Below, one piece after another: positions 46,801 through 56,182 of a stretch of DNA of 64,000 nucleotides. Below the pieces are notes generated by a model. That model made no database searches. It was not told the DNA's origin and worked only from the letters and a program-made list of their open reading frames with translations. The translations under genes and the position numbers were made by a program. Where the stretch lies: contig JAZDJU010000031.1 of assembly GCA_043803685.1 (NCBI GenBank), forward strand, positions 7,114 through 71,113, read 5' to 3'. The first letter of the stretch is position 1; each line of letters begins with the position of its first letter. The DNA comes from Candidatus Omnitrophota bacterium (lineage in GTDB: Bacteria > Omnitrophota > Omnitrophia > Omnitrophales > Aquincolibacteriaceae).

Positions 46801-47940
46801 GACCCAAGCGTCACGTGAGACCATTGTCCGCTCCAGATTCTCGGCAAGCCGGTCGAAGGCCTCGCCCAACACCTGGACCTCGCCCGAAGCTTTCGCATGA
46901 ACCCGCAACGTCAGGTCCCCTTGCGAAAATCTCCGCACGGAATCAATAAGCTCCCTCATCGGACGCGAAAAATTCTTCGATACGATCCGGATCAAGATGC
47001 CAAGAAACAGGATGGCCAAAAATAAAAGGATCAGAGAATAGATCAGAACATTCTGCATTCCTCTTTGGAATACTTTGGGCGAGGCTCTGAAGGTAACGTT
47101 GAACAGGGGCCGGACGTACGGACTCAGCCTGATCTCTTTCGAAAGATCATAGAAATCAACGGGCTTGCCCTTCTCCGTTGGATTTTTCACGGGAGAAGTG
47201 GCGACGTCAGCGCTTTCGGGTGGGAACATCTGCTGATCATTCAAGGAAGTAACCCTGGCCACCCGCTCCCCAAAGAATTGAACTCCCGCCAAGTCGGTAA
47301 AGAATTTCGACAGATCGCAATGAAAGATCAGAACGCCCGCCGTCCCTGCAATCTCCGGATCGCCCTTGGTCATCCCCACTAAAAAAGTCCATTTCCCTTT
47401 AAACTTGAAAGGATCTTCGCACAATATTGTGCCGGCGGGTTTCGATATCAGCTTTGAGAATAAGGTGGAGATCCCGATATGTAGCGCGTCTTCAGGCGCC
47501 GCCGCAAGCGAGACGTAATTCTTTATTCGCTTATTCCCTTCCACGACGATCTTTTCAAGGCCCACCGCGTCAATGAACCTGAGCGACAAATAGATCCCGT
47601 TATCCCTGCGGGTAAAACTCAGGAACAGCCGCTCGGCCGGAGATTTTGCTAATAAAATCTCGTTTTTCTGCGCGCTCAAATAATAATCGAACGCGAAAGC
47701 GTATTGGAGGAATTTGAAATCGTTCTCAATGGGAAAGGCGTAGGTAGCATTAAAATCATCCACGGCATCCGTCAATAAATCCGAGAACTGGGATTTTAAT
47801 TCTTTGGCAATAAGCTCTCTTTGAAAAAAATAGCTGCTTATCTGCAGAACAGTGATCGCGATCAGGCTGGCGACAATAATAGGAACCACGATCTGCTGGA
47901 AGATCGTCGGCCCTTTCTGAGAGATCACTTCATCTTTCAT
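43888..47940 (-). CDS. Hybrid sensor histidine kinase (HAMP, multiple PAS, HisKA, HATPase, two REC)
   Basis: H-box SHEIRTPLNAI, ATPase G-boxes and two C-terminal receiver domains. 1350 aa. Confidence 0.9.
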   Translation of the reverse strand: MKDEVISQKGPTIFQQIVVPIIVASLIAITVLQISSYFFQRELIAKELKSQFSDLLTDAVDDFNATYAFPIENDFKFLQYAFAFDYYLSAQKNEILLAKSPAERLFLSFTRRDNGIYLSLRFIDAVGLEKIVVEGNKRIKNYVSLAAAPEDALHIGISTLFSKLISKPAGTILCEDPFKFKGKWTFLVGMTKGDPEIAGTAGVLIFHCDLSKFFTDLAGVQFFGERVARVTSLNDQQMFPPESADVATSPVKNPTEKGKPVDFYDLSKEIRLSPYVRPLFNVTFRASPKVFQRGMQNVLIYSLILLFLAILFLGILIRIVSKNFSRPMRELIDSVRRFSQGDLTLRVHAKASGEVQVLGEAFDRLAENLERTMVSRDAWVKEATERKTAEDSLQRAYDALEGQLRELDRAEEIGSEHERKFRAVFDQAFQLIGLLTPEGILTAANRTALEFEGIKESDVLGKRFWETPWWTHSSEMQDQLRAAIAKASQGEFVRFEVTHPFKDGELRSLDFSLKPVKDSRGKVSLLIAESRDITDRIQANLKLKDSEDRLKVIFDYAPDAYYLFDLTGTFLDGNKAAEEICGYPKEELMGKSFMKMKLIALSDMPKAAAALARSTLGFPSDPEEYTLHRRDGSVVVAEVRLFPVKIQGKVQVLGCARDITKRKKAEEALRQAHNELEARVCERTAELAKTQAYTQQILATITDYIYTVTVKDGVAVETTHQSTCLAVTGYAADEFKTQPALWENMVYPEDRPRVLEFSAAVIAGKTVQPLEHRILRKDGTVRWVRNTPVLHMDPSGRLMSYDGILSDITDRKQAEILLIESIEKAARAHKAKDQFLSNMSHEIRTPLNAIIGFSDLLKSTSLDPVQKGYVETLRDGGETLLSLLTDVLDFSRMASGEVRPGKIHFDLERLIEGVLKAHMRKLSRKDLKIFCSMDEKVPHGFRGDPARIRQVLMHLLSNAIKFTEKGEIEVRVSLDGKMENRDPVNEAMIRIAVRDTGIGLSREKYEAVFRAFEQADVSTTRKYGGAGLGLSISRELVKLMGGTIEVQSEPGQGSVFSVLLPLEVESAANDVQIFPLKDEELSGKKILILDDDAMARKIFSYYCEEVQMVVLRSSALAQDALQWLSEQSLLPDIILADIVMPDMDGYELARKIRNNKKYETIKLVAVTGEAREGAASRAQQSGYDGYVSKPASRDNLLKVIKTVLGDRREKILPVEIVTQYTAEELSRKGLRILVVEDNPSSQELLSIILRSFDFVVEIACDGREAVEKVQKEPCDLILMDLQMPVMGGLEATRIIRKELHKTMPILALTAGVSEDDRATCLAAGMNDYLAKPIEINKLKDKIFHWIKNIS

Positions 47941-47948
47941 AAACTTCC

Positions 47949-49062
47949 TTATTGGGGAGACGGATACTTTTCTAAAGCCAAAGACTTATCCACATATTCC
48001 TCGATGAATGCTTGGCTCGACAGATCGACACCTAACATCCCGGCCCTCTGACGGTTCACCATGACCGCACCCCGGTAAGGCGCCACCACCGGAATCACCG
48101 CAGGATCTTTTTTCTCAAAAAGGATCTGATGAGCGATCTTGACGGCCTCATACCCCTGTTTAAAACCGGAATCATCGACAGCGATGAGTACCCCTTCTTC
48201 AACAAATTGCTTCTCATCCGTGCAGTCGGGTTTCTTTACGTTTTTCAAATACCACGCGCTTGCCTCCAACGGATCCACGGCCTTCCCCGACGGATCTTTC
48301 AAGGTGTTATGATTGAAGATGAAAAACGAATCCGTTTTATCGCGAAATCTCAAAATTTCCGCCTTCCATTCCGAAAACGAATCCGTCACGATTGAAGCTG
48401 TCAGCTTCAAACCAAGCCGTCCCTCGACCGCAAGACTCTCGATCTTTTTGGCTTTGGCCCTGCCAGTCGATGAATCATCCGAAAGCACGACAAGGGTGGA
48501 AATGCCAGGAGCCAGTTTCTTTAAGCACCCCAAAGTTTCTCTCAGATACCCCGTCTGATAAACACCCGTAACATTATGGCCGGGAGACTCCAGAGTTTCT
48601 ACGAGACCATACTTCGTGGGATCGACATTGACCCCCCCAGAAAACAACGGGGATCCCGGTATCCACGAACTCATTACCGATGTAGTTGGCCGCATTGTCA
48701 TCCCCTAAAAGGATCAGATCGGGCTTGAATTCATGGATCTCTTCCGTGATCTTGGCGGCAGCTTCGGCAATTTCACTCCTTGCGTTTTTTCGCTTGGTGT
48801 CCATCCAGGCTTTTCGGATGACCACTTTTTCAGTTTCCACAAAATCATTCCGGGTCAACTCCTCGCCCTGCGCCTTATTATCCAAAAATTTAAACTCCAG
48901 CAACGCTGCGCATACACCCGCGTTCGTATCCTGGGACCAAAGATATTCCCGGTGATAGCTGCTCACGATGAATATTCTCATCTTCCCCGGATCCGCGAAA
49001 CTTGTTACGGCTGAACACAACACAAAAAACAGAACAAGGAAAACCTTCGCCCATTTTTTCAT
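47949..49062 (-). pseudogene. ABC-type substrate-binding-like protein split by a frameshift at a C7/G7 run
   Basis: ORFs 48574..49062 and 47949..48701 are the N- and C-terminal parts of one SBP-like protein. The frames switch at 48632-48638, and removing one G gives ...VVFWGVNVDPTKYG... Confidence 0.7.
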
Positions 49063-49499
49063 GCGAGTGATCTCATCTTTCTTTTCGAGAAGAACCGGAA
49101 CGCGTTAGTTCAAACCGATCGAGCACCTTTTCCTGAAATGCCTGCCTATAGAGAAAAAGCCCGGGCGTCACGAAAAGCGTCACGGCTTGGAAAAGGCAAG
49201 CCCGCCCATCACCACGAGCCCGATCCTTCCCTCCCGGGAGCGCTGGGGAAGCATCATGCAAACGACCCCCAGCCCAAGGAAAGAAAAGCCGTAGATAAAA
49301 AAAGAAGTCGCGTTGGCCCTTAAAAAATCGCTCCATTAAAATTCCCTCTGAGCGCTAAAAAAAATAATGCTAAAACAGATCCCACCGCCTGTAAGATCCG
49401 AAGCGTTCAAGTATCGTCACTTTCAACTCCCAAATACACTTCCCCATTGCCTCAACGCGACGACCCAGGAAAACACCACGTTCGGGAGCCCTCACACGG

Positions 49500-50903
49500 T
49501 CAGGCCTTTTCCGTTTCCTGCTGCCATCCGCCGCCGAGCGCGCGATAAAGCTGGACATAGTAATTGAGTTGTGCGCCTTGTGTGAGCGCAAGGCTGTTTT
49601 GAGCGGTATAATATTGCTGGTCCGCGTCCAGAACCTCCGTGTAGCTTGAGAGGCCCTCTTCATACCGGGCTTGTGAAAGCTTGACGGCCTCTTTCAGGGC
49701 CGCAACTTGTTTTTCCTGCTCCTCACGGACTTTTTGGCTCTTTTCAATTCCCACCAGCGCGTCCGCCACCTCCTGGAATGCGGTCAGCACCGTCTGTTTA
49801 TAAAACGCGAAGGACTGTTGCCATTTCGCTTGGGCGGCTTTGTAACCATAAACATTTTTCCCGCCCTTAAAAAGAGGCATATCTACATTACCGCCAATCG
49901 ACCACGTGTATCCCTTCCCGTTGAAGATCTGGGAGGGCCGCTCGCCGCCACCGCCCACAAAATGGGTCAGATTCACCTTCGGCATGAATTCACCGACCGA
50001 AACCCCCATCTGCGCATTGGCCGCACGTAAGAGTTGTTCTGCTTCCATGATATCCGGGCGGCGTTTCAATATTTCAGAGGGAAGGCCGGAACTGGGAAGA
50101 CCGGGCGCAAAGGACTCCTCGGATATGGAAGCGGTCCGTTGGATCGAACCGGGGTTCCTGCCGAGAAGCTCCGAAAGTTTATTTTCCTGAACCGCGATCT
50201 GGCGCTCGAGCTCTGGAATATTCGCCCCGGTTTGGTCATAGTCGGCTTCGGCCCTCGCGACTTCAAGTCCGGAAGCGGTGCCTCCCTGAAGACGCTTCTG
50301 GAAGAGGTCTAAATTACCGCGGCGGGTCTCCCTCGTATTCTTGGCGATATCCAATTGGAGGTCCAGTTGCAGGATCGTAAAATAAGTCTGGGCCACATCG
50401 GCGACAAGCGTCACCATCACTCCCCGACGGGCGTCCTCCGTCGCTAGGTAATCGGCCTGCGAAGCGCGGATCGCCTGGCGGATCTTTCCCCAAACGTCCA
50501 ATTCCCACGCCGTGCTGAAACCACCGGTCATCGTGGAGGTCAGACGGTCAAGGCCCGGATAGAGCGCCTGCGAATTCCGGTCCCGTGAGATACCGCTCGT
50601 CAGATCCGTCTGAGGGAGGATCTGAGACCGGGTCACGCCCACCATGGCACGGGCCTCATCCACGCGGGCGGCCGCAGAGCGCAGATCATAGTTATTGAGC
50701 AGGGTCTCGCGGATAAGTTCCTGTAGCGTCTTATCGTTGAAGACCTTCCACCACGGAAGATTGACCATCGACTCCCCTTGATCCAGGGTTTTGTAACTGC
50801 GATAGGTCTGCGGCAGTTCCATGGCGGGCTCATGATACCGGGGGCCGATCGCACAGCCGGAAACGAAGAGGGTAAGGACGAAGAAAGCCGCTTTGAATTT
50901 CAT
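49500..50903 (-). CDS. Efflux outer-membrane factor lipoprotein (NodT family)
   Basis: Lipobox LFVSGC and two OEP repeats. 467 aa. Confidence 0.9.
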   Translation of the reverse strand: MKFKAAFFVLTLFVSGCAIGPRYHEPAMELPQTYRSYKTLDQGESMVNLPWWKVFNDKTLQELIRETLLNNYDLRSAAARVDEARAMVGVTRSQILPQTDLTSGISRDRNSQALYPGLDRLTSTMTGGFSTAWELDVWGKIRQAIRASQADYLATEDARRGVMVTLVADVAQTYFTILQLDLQLDIAKNTRETRRGNLDLFQKRLQGGTASGLEVARAEADYDQTGANIPELERQIAVQENKLSELLGRNPGSIQRTASISEESFAPGLPSSGLPSEILKRRPDIMEAEQLLRAANAQMGVSVGEFMPKVNLTHFVGGGGERPSQIFNGKGYTWSIGGNVDMPLFKGGKNVYGYKAAQAKWQQSFAFYKQTVLTAFQEVADALVGIEKSQKVREEQEKQVAALKEAVKLSQARYEEGLSSYTEVLDADQQYYTAQNSLALTQGAQLNYYVQLYRALGGGWQQETEKA

Positions 50904-51007
50904 TGAATTTCCTCCTTTTTCAGCTGCCGGAAGAGATTAAAAAGATCATGGTCATGTTTTTCAGATTATACCCGCCGCATCCTGCCTAGTCGAGGCTGAA
51001 CAGGAAG

Positions 51008-52132
51008 CTATTTTGTTACTGCGATCGATTTCCGGAAAAGTCCCAGGCTATAAATAAAAAATCCGAGACCGATCACGCTCACCATCAGGAATTGAAGCCA
51101 AACCGCGCTAAGTCCCCCACCCCGGTAAATGATCACCTGTGAAAAGCTGACAAAATGCCTGGAAGGTAAAAAGAACGTAATATGCTGGAGCCATTCAGGT
51201 TGGCTTTCAACGGGCGTCGATCCGCCGGAAAGCAGCATCAGCACAAGGACCACCAGGATGTTCAGGAGTGCAAACTGGGCCATGGACCGCGAGATCGTCC
51301 CGAGGAATATTCCCAATGCCGTCGCGAAGAAAAGGTAGAGAACCACCCCGGAGAACCACAACAGGTGCGAACCGGCAAACGGCACCTTCAGCGCCATTTG
51401 GACCACCCCAAAAAGAGAGATCGCTGTCGCAAGCAGGATCACCAGGCCGTTGGCCCACACCTTTGCCATGGCGATCTCAAAAGCGTTCAGCGGCATCACG
51501 AGCAGATGTTCCAGCGTTCCGTGCTCGCGTTCCCTGATGACCGCGGCACCCGTCAGAACGATCGTCAAAAGAGAGATCTGATTGATAATGGCCACGATGC
51601 TCAAAAACCAAGAGGCGGTCCCGTTCGGATTGAAAAGCTTGCGGATGATCAGCTGGACGGGCGCGGATTCTTGCTCATCCGTGCGTTTTAAATAATTCGA
51701 GATGCGCTTGTTGATGATGCTCTTGATGTAAGTCGTGCCGATACCTGCCTGCTGCATGGCCGTTGCGTCGATATTGATCTGGATCTCCGGATTCCGTCCG
51801 GCCCGGAGATCATCATCAAACCTCGGCGGGATCGCGACGACGAACATGAACAGCCCTTTATCCATGGCGTCTTCCACTTCGCTTGCGTTGATCTTTTTGG
51901 GCGCCTGAAAACGCGGCGGATAAAAAGCATTGATCAGTTCCTTCGACAACGTGGAGTTGTTCTCATCCACAAAAGCGATCGACGCGTTATTCACTTCATT
52001 CGAAGTGCCCGTCGCCTGAATGTAGATCGCCATCGTGAACGCATAGATGACGAACACAAGCATCACTTTGTCGCTGATCAGACTGCGGATCTCCTTGAGG
52101 CCGAGCCAAAAAATGTTCAAGAGTGACGTCAC
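51008..52132 (-). CDS. ABC-2 type transporter permease (YhhJ-like)
   Basis: 374-aa ORF with an N-terminal TM segment, a large loop and five C-terminal TM segments. Confidence 0.85.
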   Translation of the reverse strand: MTSLLNIFWLGLKEIRSLISDKVMLVFVIYAFTMAIYIQATGTSNEVNNASIAFVDENNSTLSKELINAFYPPRFQAPKKINASEVEDAMDKGLFMFVVAIPPRFDDDLRAGRNPEIQINIDATAMQQAGIGTTYIKSIINKRISNYLKRTDEQESAPVQLIIRKLFNPNGTASWFLSIVAIINQISLLTIVLTGAAVIREREHGTLEHLLVMPLNAFEIAMAKVWANGLVILLATAISLFGVVQMALKVPFAGSHLLWFSGVVLYLFFATALGIFLGTISRSMAQFALLNILVVLVLMLLSGGSTPVESQPEWLQHITFFLPSRHFVSFSQVIIYRGGGLSAVWLQFLMVSVIGLGFFIYSLGLFRKSIAVTK

Positions 52133-52134
52133 AA

Positions 52135-54930
52135 CTATTTCTCCTGTTTTCTAAGACCCAGCATGCTGACCGCCCAGAAGACCGGAATGCAGCAGGCCAG
52201 GAAAATAATATCCTGAACCATGAGACCTGGGCTGAGACCCTTGGTATAGGCTCCGACGCTCGAATGCATGTAGTAAGTGGTCGGCCAGATCATACCCACG
52301 AGCCGGGCCTTCCCCATCAGCGTCGACACCGGCTGGAGAAGCCCAGAAAACTGGATGGTCGGAGTGATCGTGAGGATCGCGGTCACGAAGACGGCCGCGA
52401 CCTGGCTTGTGGTGAAACTCGAGATGAGCATGCCGATACCGGTCGTCGCCGTGACATAAAGCAGTGTGGTGAGCGTCAGGAACAAGAAACTCCCTTTGAC
52501 CGGAACGCCGAAAATGAAACGCGCCATAGCCGCCAAAATAAAAAAGTTGAGCATTGCGATCGCGACGTAGGGTATCTGCTTTCCCAGAAGGTACTCCAGC
52601 TTTCCCGTCGGCGTGACATAGAAATTGATCATGGAGCCCAGTTCTTTTTCCCGCACGATACTGACCGCCATCAGGATCGCCGGGATCAAGACCAGGAGAA
52701 GGGCCGGAATGCTCGGCACGATCGAGTAGACGCTTTCAAAGGTGGGATTGTACATGTAGCGTTCTTCAAAGGTCGCCGTATCCTTCGGGGGGCCCACGTG
52801 CAGCCCGCTTGCAGGATTTTGAAGCATGGTGTTATTGACCGCTTGAACATATTGGGCGACGGTCTCACCGCGGAAGGTCATAGCCGCGTCCACCTGAGCC
52901 AAAACTTCGGGAGCCTCCCCCCGACGAAAATCCCTGCCGAAGTTAGGAGGTATCTCAAGGACCACCGAAACATCATCCGCCTGCAGCCGGCGCAGGCCTT
53001 CATCGGCGGACCGGACAGGCGCCGTACGCGTGAAATAGCGGGGTGTCGCGGCAAATTGCTCGAGATAAGCGCGGCTTTCCGGCGACTGATCAAGATCTAA
53101 GGACGCATAGCGGATATGTTCAATATCGGTCGTGATCCCGAAACCGAAGACGAGCATCAGAAGCGCCGAACCGAGAAAAGAGAAAACCAATCGCACCGGG
53201 TCGCGAAGGATCTGCATGGTTTCATTGCGCGCATACGCGAGCATCCGGCCGAGTCGCAAGCGGAGGCCGGAAGGCGCCGACGCCTTCGAAACCGCAGGCT
53301 GAACAGCGGCGGGTGCACTGTCCTGAGCTTTGTTTTTGCTTTTCGCGCCGGATGCGGCATCGGCAACGGCATCTTCCATATAACCGATGAACGCATCCTC
53401 CAGATTGGCGGCACCGCGCGTTTCGATCAGTTTTTGCGGAGCGTCACACGCCAACACCTTCCCCGCGTTCATAAGCGAGATCCGGTCGCAGCGCATGCCT
53501 TCGTTCATGAAGTGCGTCGTAATAAAGATCGTCACCTTCTGCTTTCGCGAAAGGTCGATCAAGAGTTCCCAAAAGCTGTCCCGCGCGATAGGATCGACCC
53601 CAGAAGTGGGTTCATCCAGGATCAATATTTTGGGCTCATGAAGAACGGCGACCGCCAGCGAAAGCCTCTGCCGCAAGCCCATGGGCAGAGACTCGGCCAA
53701 CGAATCGAGATGCGGGCCCAGGCCGAATTTTTCAACGAGCTCCTCAATGCGCGCCTCCGACTTTTTAGCCGGAATATGATAAAGAAGGGCGTCCAGCACC
53801 AGATTCTGGCGAACGGTCAGCTCGCCGTAAAGCGAGAACGCCTGAGTCATGTAGCCGAGCTTTTTTCGCACTTCATTGCTTCCGGCTTCGACGGAACTTC
53901 CAAAGAGCGTCGCCGTGCCTTCGGTGGGAGGTAAAAGTCCGGTCAGCATTTTCATGGTGGTGGACTTGCCGCAGCCGTTAGAACCGAGAAAGCCGAAGAT
54001 CTCTCCGCACTCGATCGACAGGCTGACATGGTCGACCGCGGTGAAGCTGCCAAAGAGGCGGGTCAGTCCTTGGGCGTCGATGACGATCTCGGATTTTTCG
54101 GCCGCCCGCTGCGGGATAGCGAGTTCCGTATGTCCCATGCGCTTTTCTTCCGGAAGCAATCCGATAAAGCACGCCTCCAGATCTTTGGTGCCCGTCCGCT
54201 TCATCAATTCCGCGGGCGTTCCCGTAGCCAGCACTTTTCCGGCATCCATCGCTACGATCCAGTCCCACTTTTGCGCTTCATCCATATAAGCGGTGGAAAT
54301 AAGAACGCTCATGCCGGGACGGCCGGCCCGAATGTCGTCGATGAGTGTCCAAAATTGCCGGCGAGAAAGCGGGTCGACGCCCGTGGTGGGCTCATCAAGG
54401 ATCAGGAGATCCGGTTCATGGACCAAAGCTCCGCAAAGCCCTACTTTTTGCTTCATTCCGCCCGAAAGCTTGCCGGCAGGGCGATCGGCAAAGGGCCCGA
54501 GTCCCGTGGCATTGAGCAATTCCTTGATGCGGACCGGACGTTCCGCGGGAGACAACCCGAAAAGTTGCGCCATGAAATCGACATTGTCGTAGACGCTCAG
54601 TTCCAGGTAGAGGTTCTTGCCTAATCCCTGAGGCATGTAGGCAATCCGGGGGCACGCGTCGCGCCGGTGCGCGGCGTCCGCCATATCTCCGTCCAGGACG
54701 GTCACCTTCCCCTGCTGCATCTTTTTCGATCCGGCGATCAGCGCCATAAGCGTCGACTTGCCGACGCCGTCGGGGCCGATGATGCCGACCATGCGGCCGC
54801 TGGGGATATTGAGGGAAATACCGTCGAGCGCTAGGACCTTGCCATAACGGTGATTGACGTCTTGAATGGAAACGACCGGTTTACCACCGGAGGCAACTCG
54901 AGACAGTTGAGAAGCGGATGACTCCACCAT
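52135..54930 (-). CDS. Fused double-ATPase/permease ABC protein (RbbA/YhiH-like)
   Basis: Two Walker A motifs (GPDGVGKST, GSNGCGKST) plus a C-terminal ABC-2 permease. Confidence 0.9.
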   Translation of the reverse strand: MVESSASQLSRVASGGKPVVSIQDVNHRYGKVLALDGISLNIPSGRMVGIIGPDGVGKSTLMALIAGSKKMQQGKVTVLDGDMADAAHRRDACPRIAYMPQGLGKNLYLELSVYDNVDFMAQLFGLSPAERPVRIKELLNATGLGPFADRPAGKLSGGMKQKVGLCGALVHEPDLLILDEPTTGVDPLSRRQFWTLIDDIRAGRPGMSVLISTAYMDEAQKWDWIVAMDAGKVLATGTPAELMKRTGTKDLEACFIGLLPEEKRMGHTELAIPQRAAEKSEIVIDAQGLTRLFGSFTAVDHVSLSIECGEIFGFLGSNGCGKSTTMKMLTGLLPPTEGTATLFGSSVEAGSNEVRKKLGYMTQAFSLYGELTVRQNLVLDALLYHIPAKKSEARIEELVEKFGLGPHLDSLAESLPMGLRQRLSLAVAVLHEPKILILDEPTSGVDPIARDSFWELLIDLSRKQKVTIFITTHFMNEGMRCDRISLMNAGKVLACDAPQKLIETRGAANLEDAFIGYMEDAVADAASGAKSKNKAQDSAPAAVQPAVSKASAPSGLRLRLGRMLAYARNETMQILRDPVRLVFSFLGSALLMLVFGFGITTDIEHIRYASLDLDQSPESRAYLEQFAATPRYFTRTAPVRSADEGLRRLQADDVSVVLEIPPNFGRDFRRGEAPEVLAQVDAAMTFRGETVAQYVQAVNNTMLQNPASGLHVGPPKDTATFEERYMYNPTFESVYSIVPSIPALLLVLIPAILMAVSIVREKELGSMINFYVTPTGKLEYLLGKQIPYVAIAMLNFFILAAMARFIFGVPVKGSFLFLTLTTLLYVTATTGIGMLISSFTTSQVAAVFVTAILTITPTIQFSGLLQPVSTLMGKARLVGMIWPTTYYMHSSVGAYTKGLSPGLMVQDIIFLACCIPVFWAVSMLGLRKQEK

Positions 54931-54963
54931 GAGTTTCCCAAGCCGATCTGTAGGTTTTGTATT

Positions 54964-55989
54964 TTACTTCTTGTCCGGCTGTTTGGCGGGCTGAACAAGG
55001 TTCTGAAGCCAGCTGGGCCAGACGGCAGATTCTTTAATTTTGACATACCCGACGCCGCGAACGCCCGTCTTGACGCGCTCAATGTAACCGGAAACAAGCT
55101 CCTGAGGCACCTGGATCTTCACCCGGAACATCAACTTGTCGCGCTCACTCTTTGTCTCGACCTGCTTGGGAGTGAACTGTGCTTCCGGCGATACAAAACT
55201 GACAAAAGCGGCGGCCGCGCGACCGGGAGCATAGTCCACCGTAAGCCTCGCCTCAGCGCCGATCTTAAGACCGGCGGCCTGTTCTGAGGGAAGGTAGATC
55301 TCCATGTAAACATCTTCCAGATTCACCAAGGTTAGCGCTTTTCCTCCGGCGGCGAGCATTTCGCCGGGCTCCGCCAGGCGATAAAGCACCCTTCCGGTCA
55401 CGGGCGACTTGAGCGTCGCGTCATCAATGTGCGTTTGGATCGTCGTCACATTCGCCTGCGCGACTTCGACCTCTTGCTTCGCCGTCCGGAGCTGGGCTTC
55501 CGCTTCCGCGAGAGCGGCCGTGTTCGTCTGGAGCGACGTGTTGCGGGAGTCAAACTCACGCTGAGAAAGGGCATTCTGCTCGACAAGTTTACGGGTGCGT
55601 TCAAACTCAAGCTGGGCATTGTCAAGCAGGCTCTTCTGCCTCACCATCGCAAAGTTGGCGCTTGCCACGCGCTCTTGCGCACTTGTAACCTGTAATTTGG
55701 CCTGATTCAGTTCGGAATCGAACGTGGCAGTATCCAGACGCACCAGCACTTCGCCCGGCTTGACGAGATCGCCTTCGTCAACGAGGATCTCCTTAACCCT
55801 GAGCGCGTCCTTGGCAACCGCATCCACCAGCTTGGCTTCGATACGGCCGTTCCCCGAGGCGATCCCTTTGGGCAACTCGGATTGCTTCGCCTTCCGGTAC
55901 TGGACGCCGAAGAATACAACTGCGGCAACGGCCACCAGCAAAATAATCCCCTTGAGATATTTTTTAGAGACGGCAATGGACATGGTCAA
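54964..55989 (-). CDS. HlyD-family membrane fusion protein
   Basis: N-terminal TM segment, a coiled-coil hairpin and barrel-sandwich motifs. Confidence 0.85.
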   Translation of the reverse strand: MTMSIAVSKKYLKGIILLVAVAAVVFFGVQYRKAKQSELPKGIASGNGRIEAKLVDAVAKDALRVKEILVDEGDLVKPGEVLVRLDTATFDSELNQAKLQVTSAQERVASANFAMVRQKSLLDNAQLEFERTRKLVEQNALSQREFDSRNTSLQTNTAALAEAEAQLRTAKQEVEVAQANVTTIQTHIDDATLKSPVTGRVLYRLAEPGEMLAAGGKALTLVNLEDVYMEIYLPSEQAAGLKIGAEARLTVDYAPGRAAAAFVSFVSPEAQFTPKQVETKSERDKLMFRVKIQVPQELVSGYIERVKTGVRGVGYVKIKESAVWPSWLQNLVQPAKQPDKK

Positions 55990-56182
55990 CTCCCCGGTGG
56001 TTAATGATTAGACAAAAGTTTATTAGCGAGAGGAGGAAAAAAGCACTGCAGGATCTATTCGCTGTACGCATCGGCGATCTTTATAGCTTAGCCTCAGGTT
56101 ACCAAATAGAAAAAACTTATGAACATATTATTCATAACTTCTTTAATTACAAGGGGAAAAGCGCGGTTTGGCCGTTGACCGT

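Noticed and set aside
49073-49336. An 87-aa ORF as a real protein in its annotated frame.
   Set aside because: The product is Arg/Gly-rich and featureless. A shifted frame gives a plausible two-TM peptide, but only after correcting a homopolymer (see the frameshift finding). It is therefore left unannotated.
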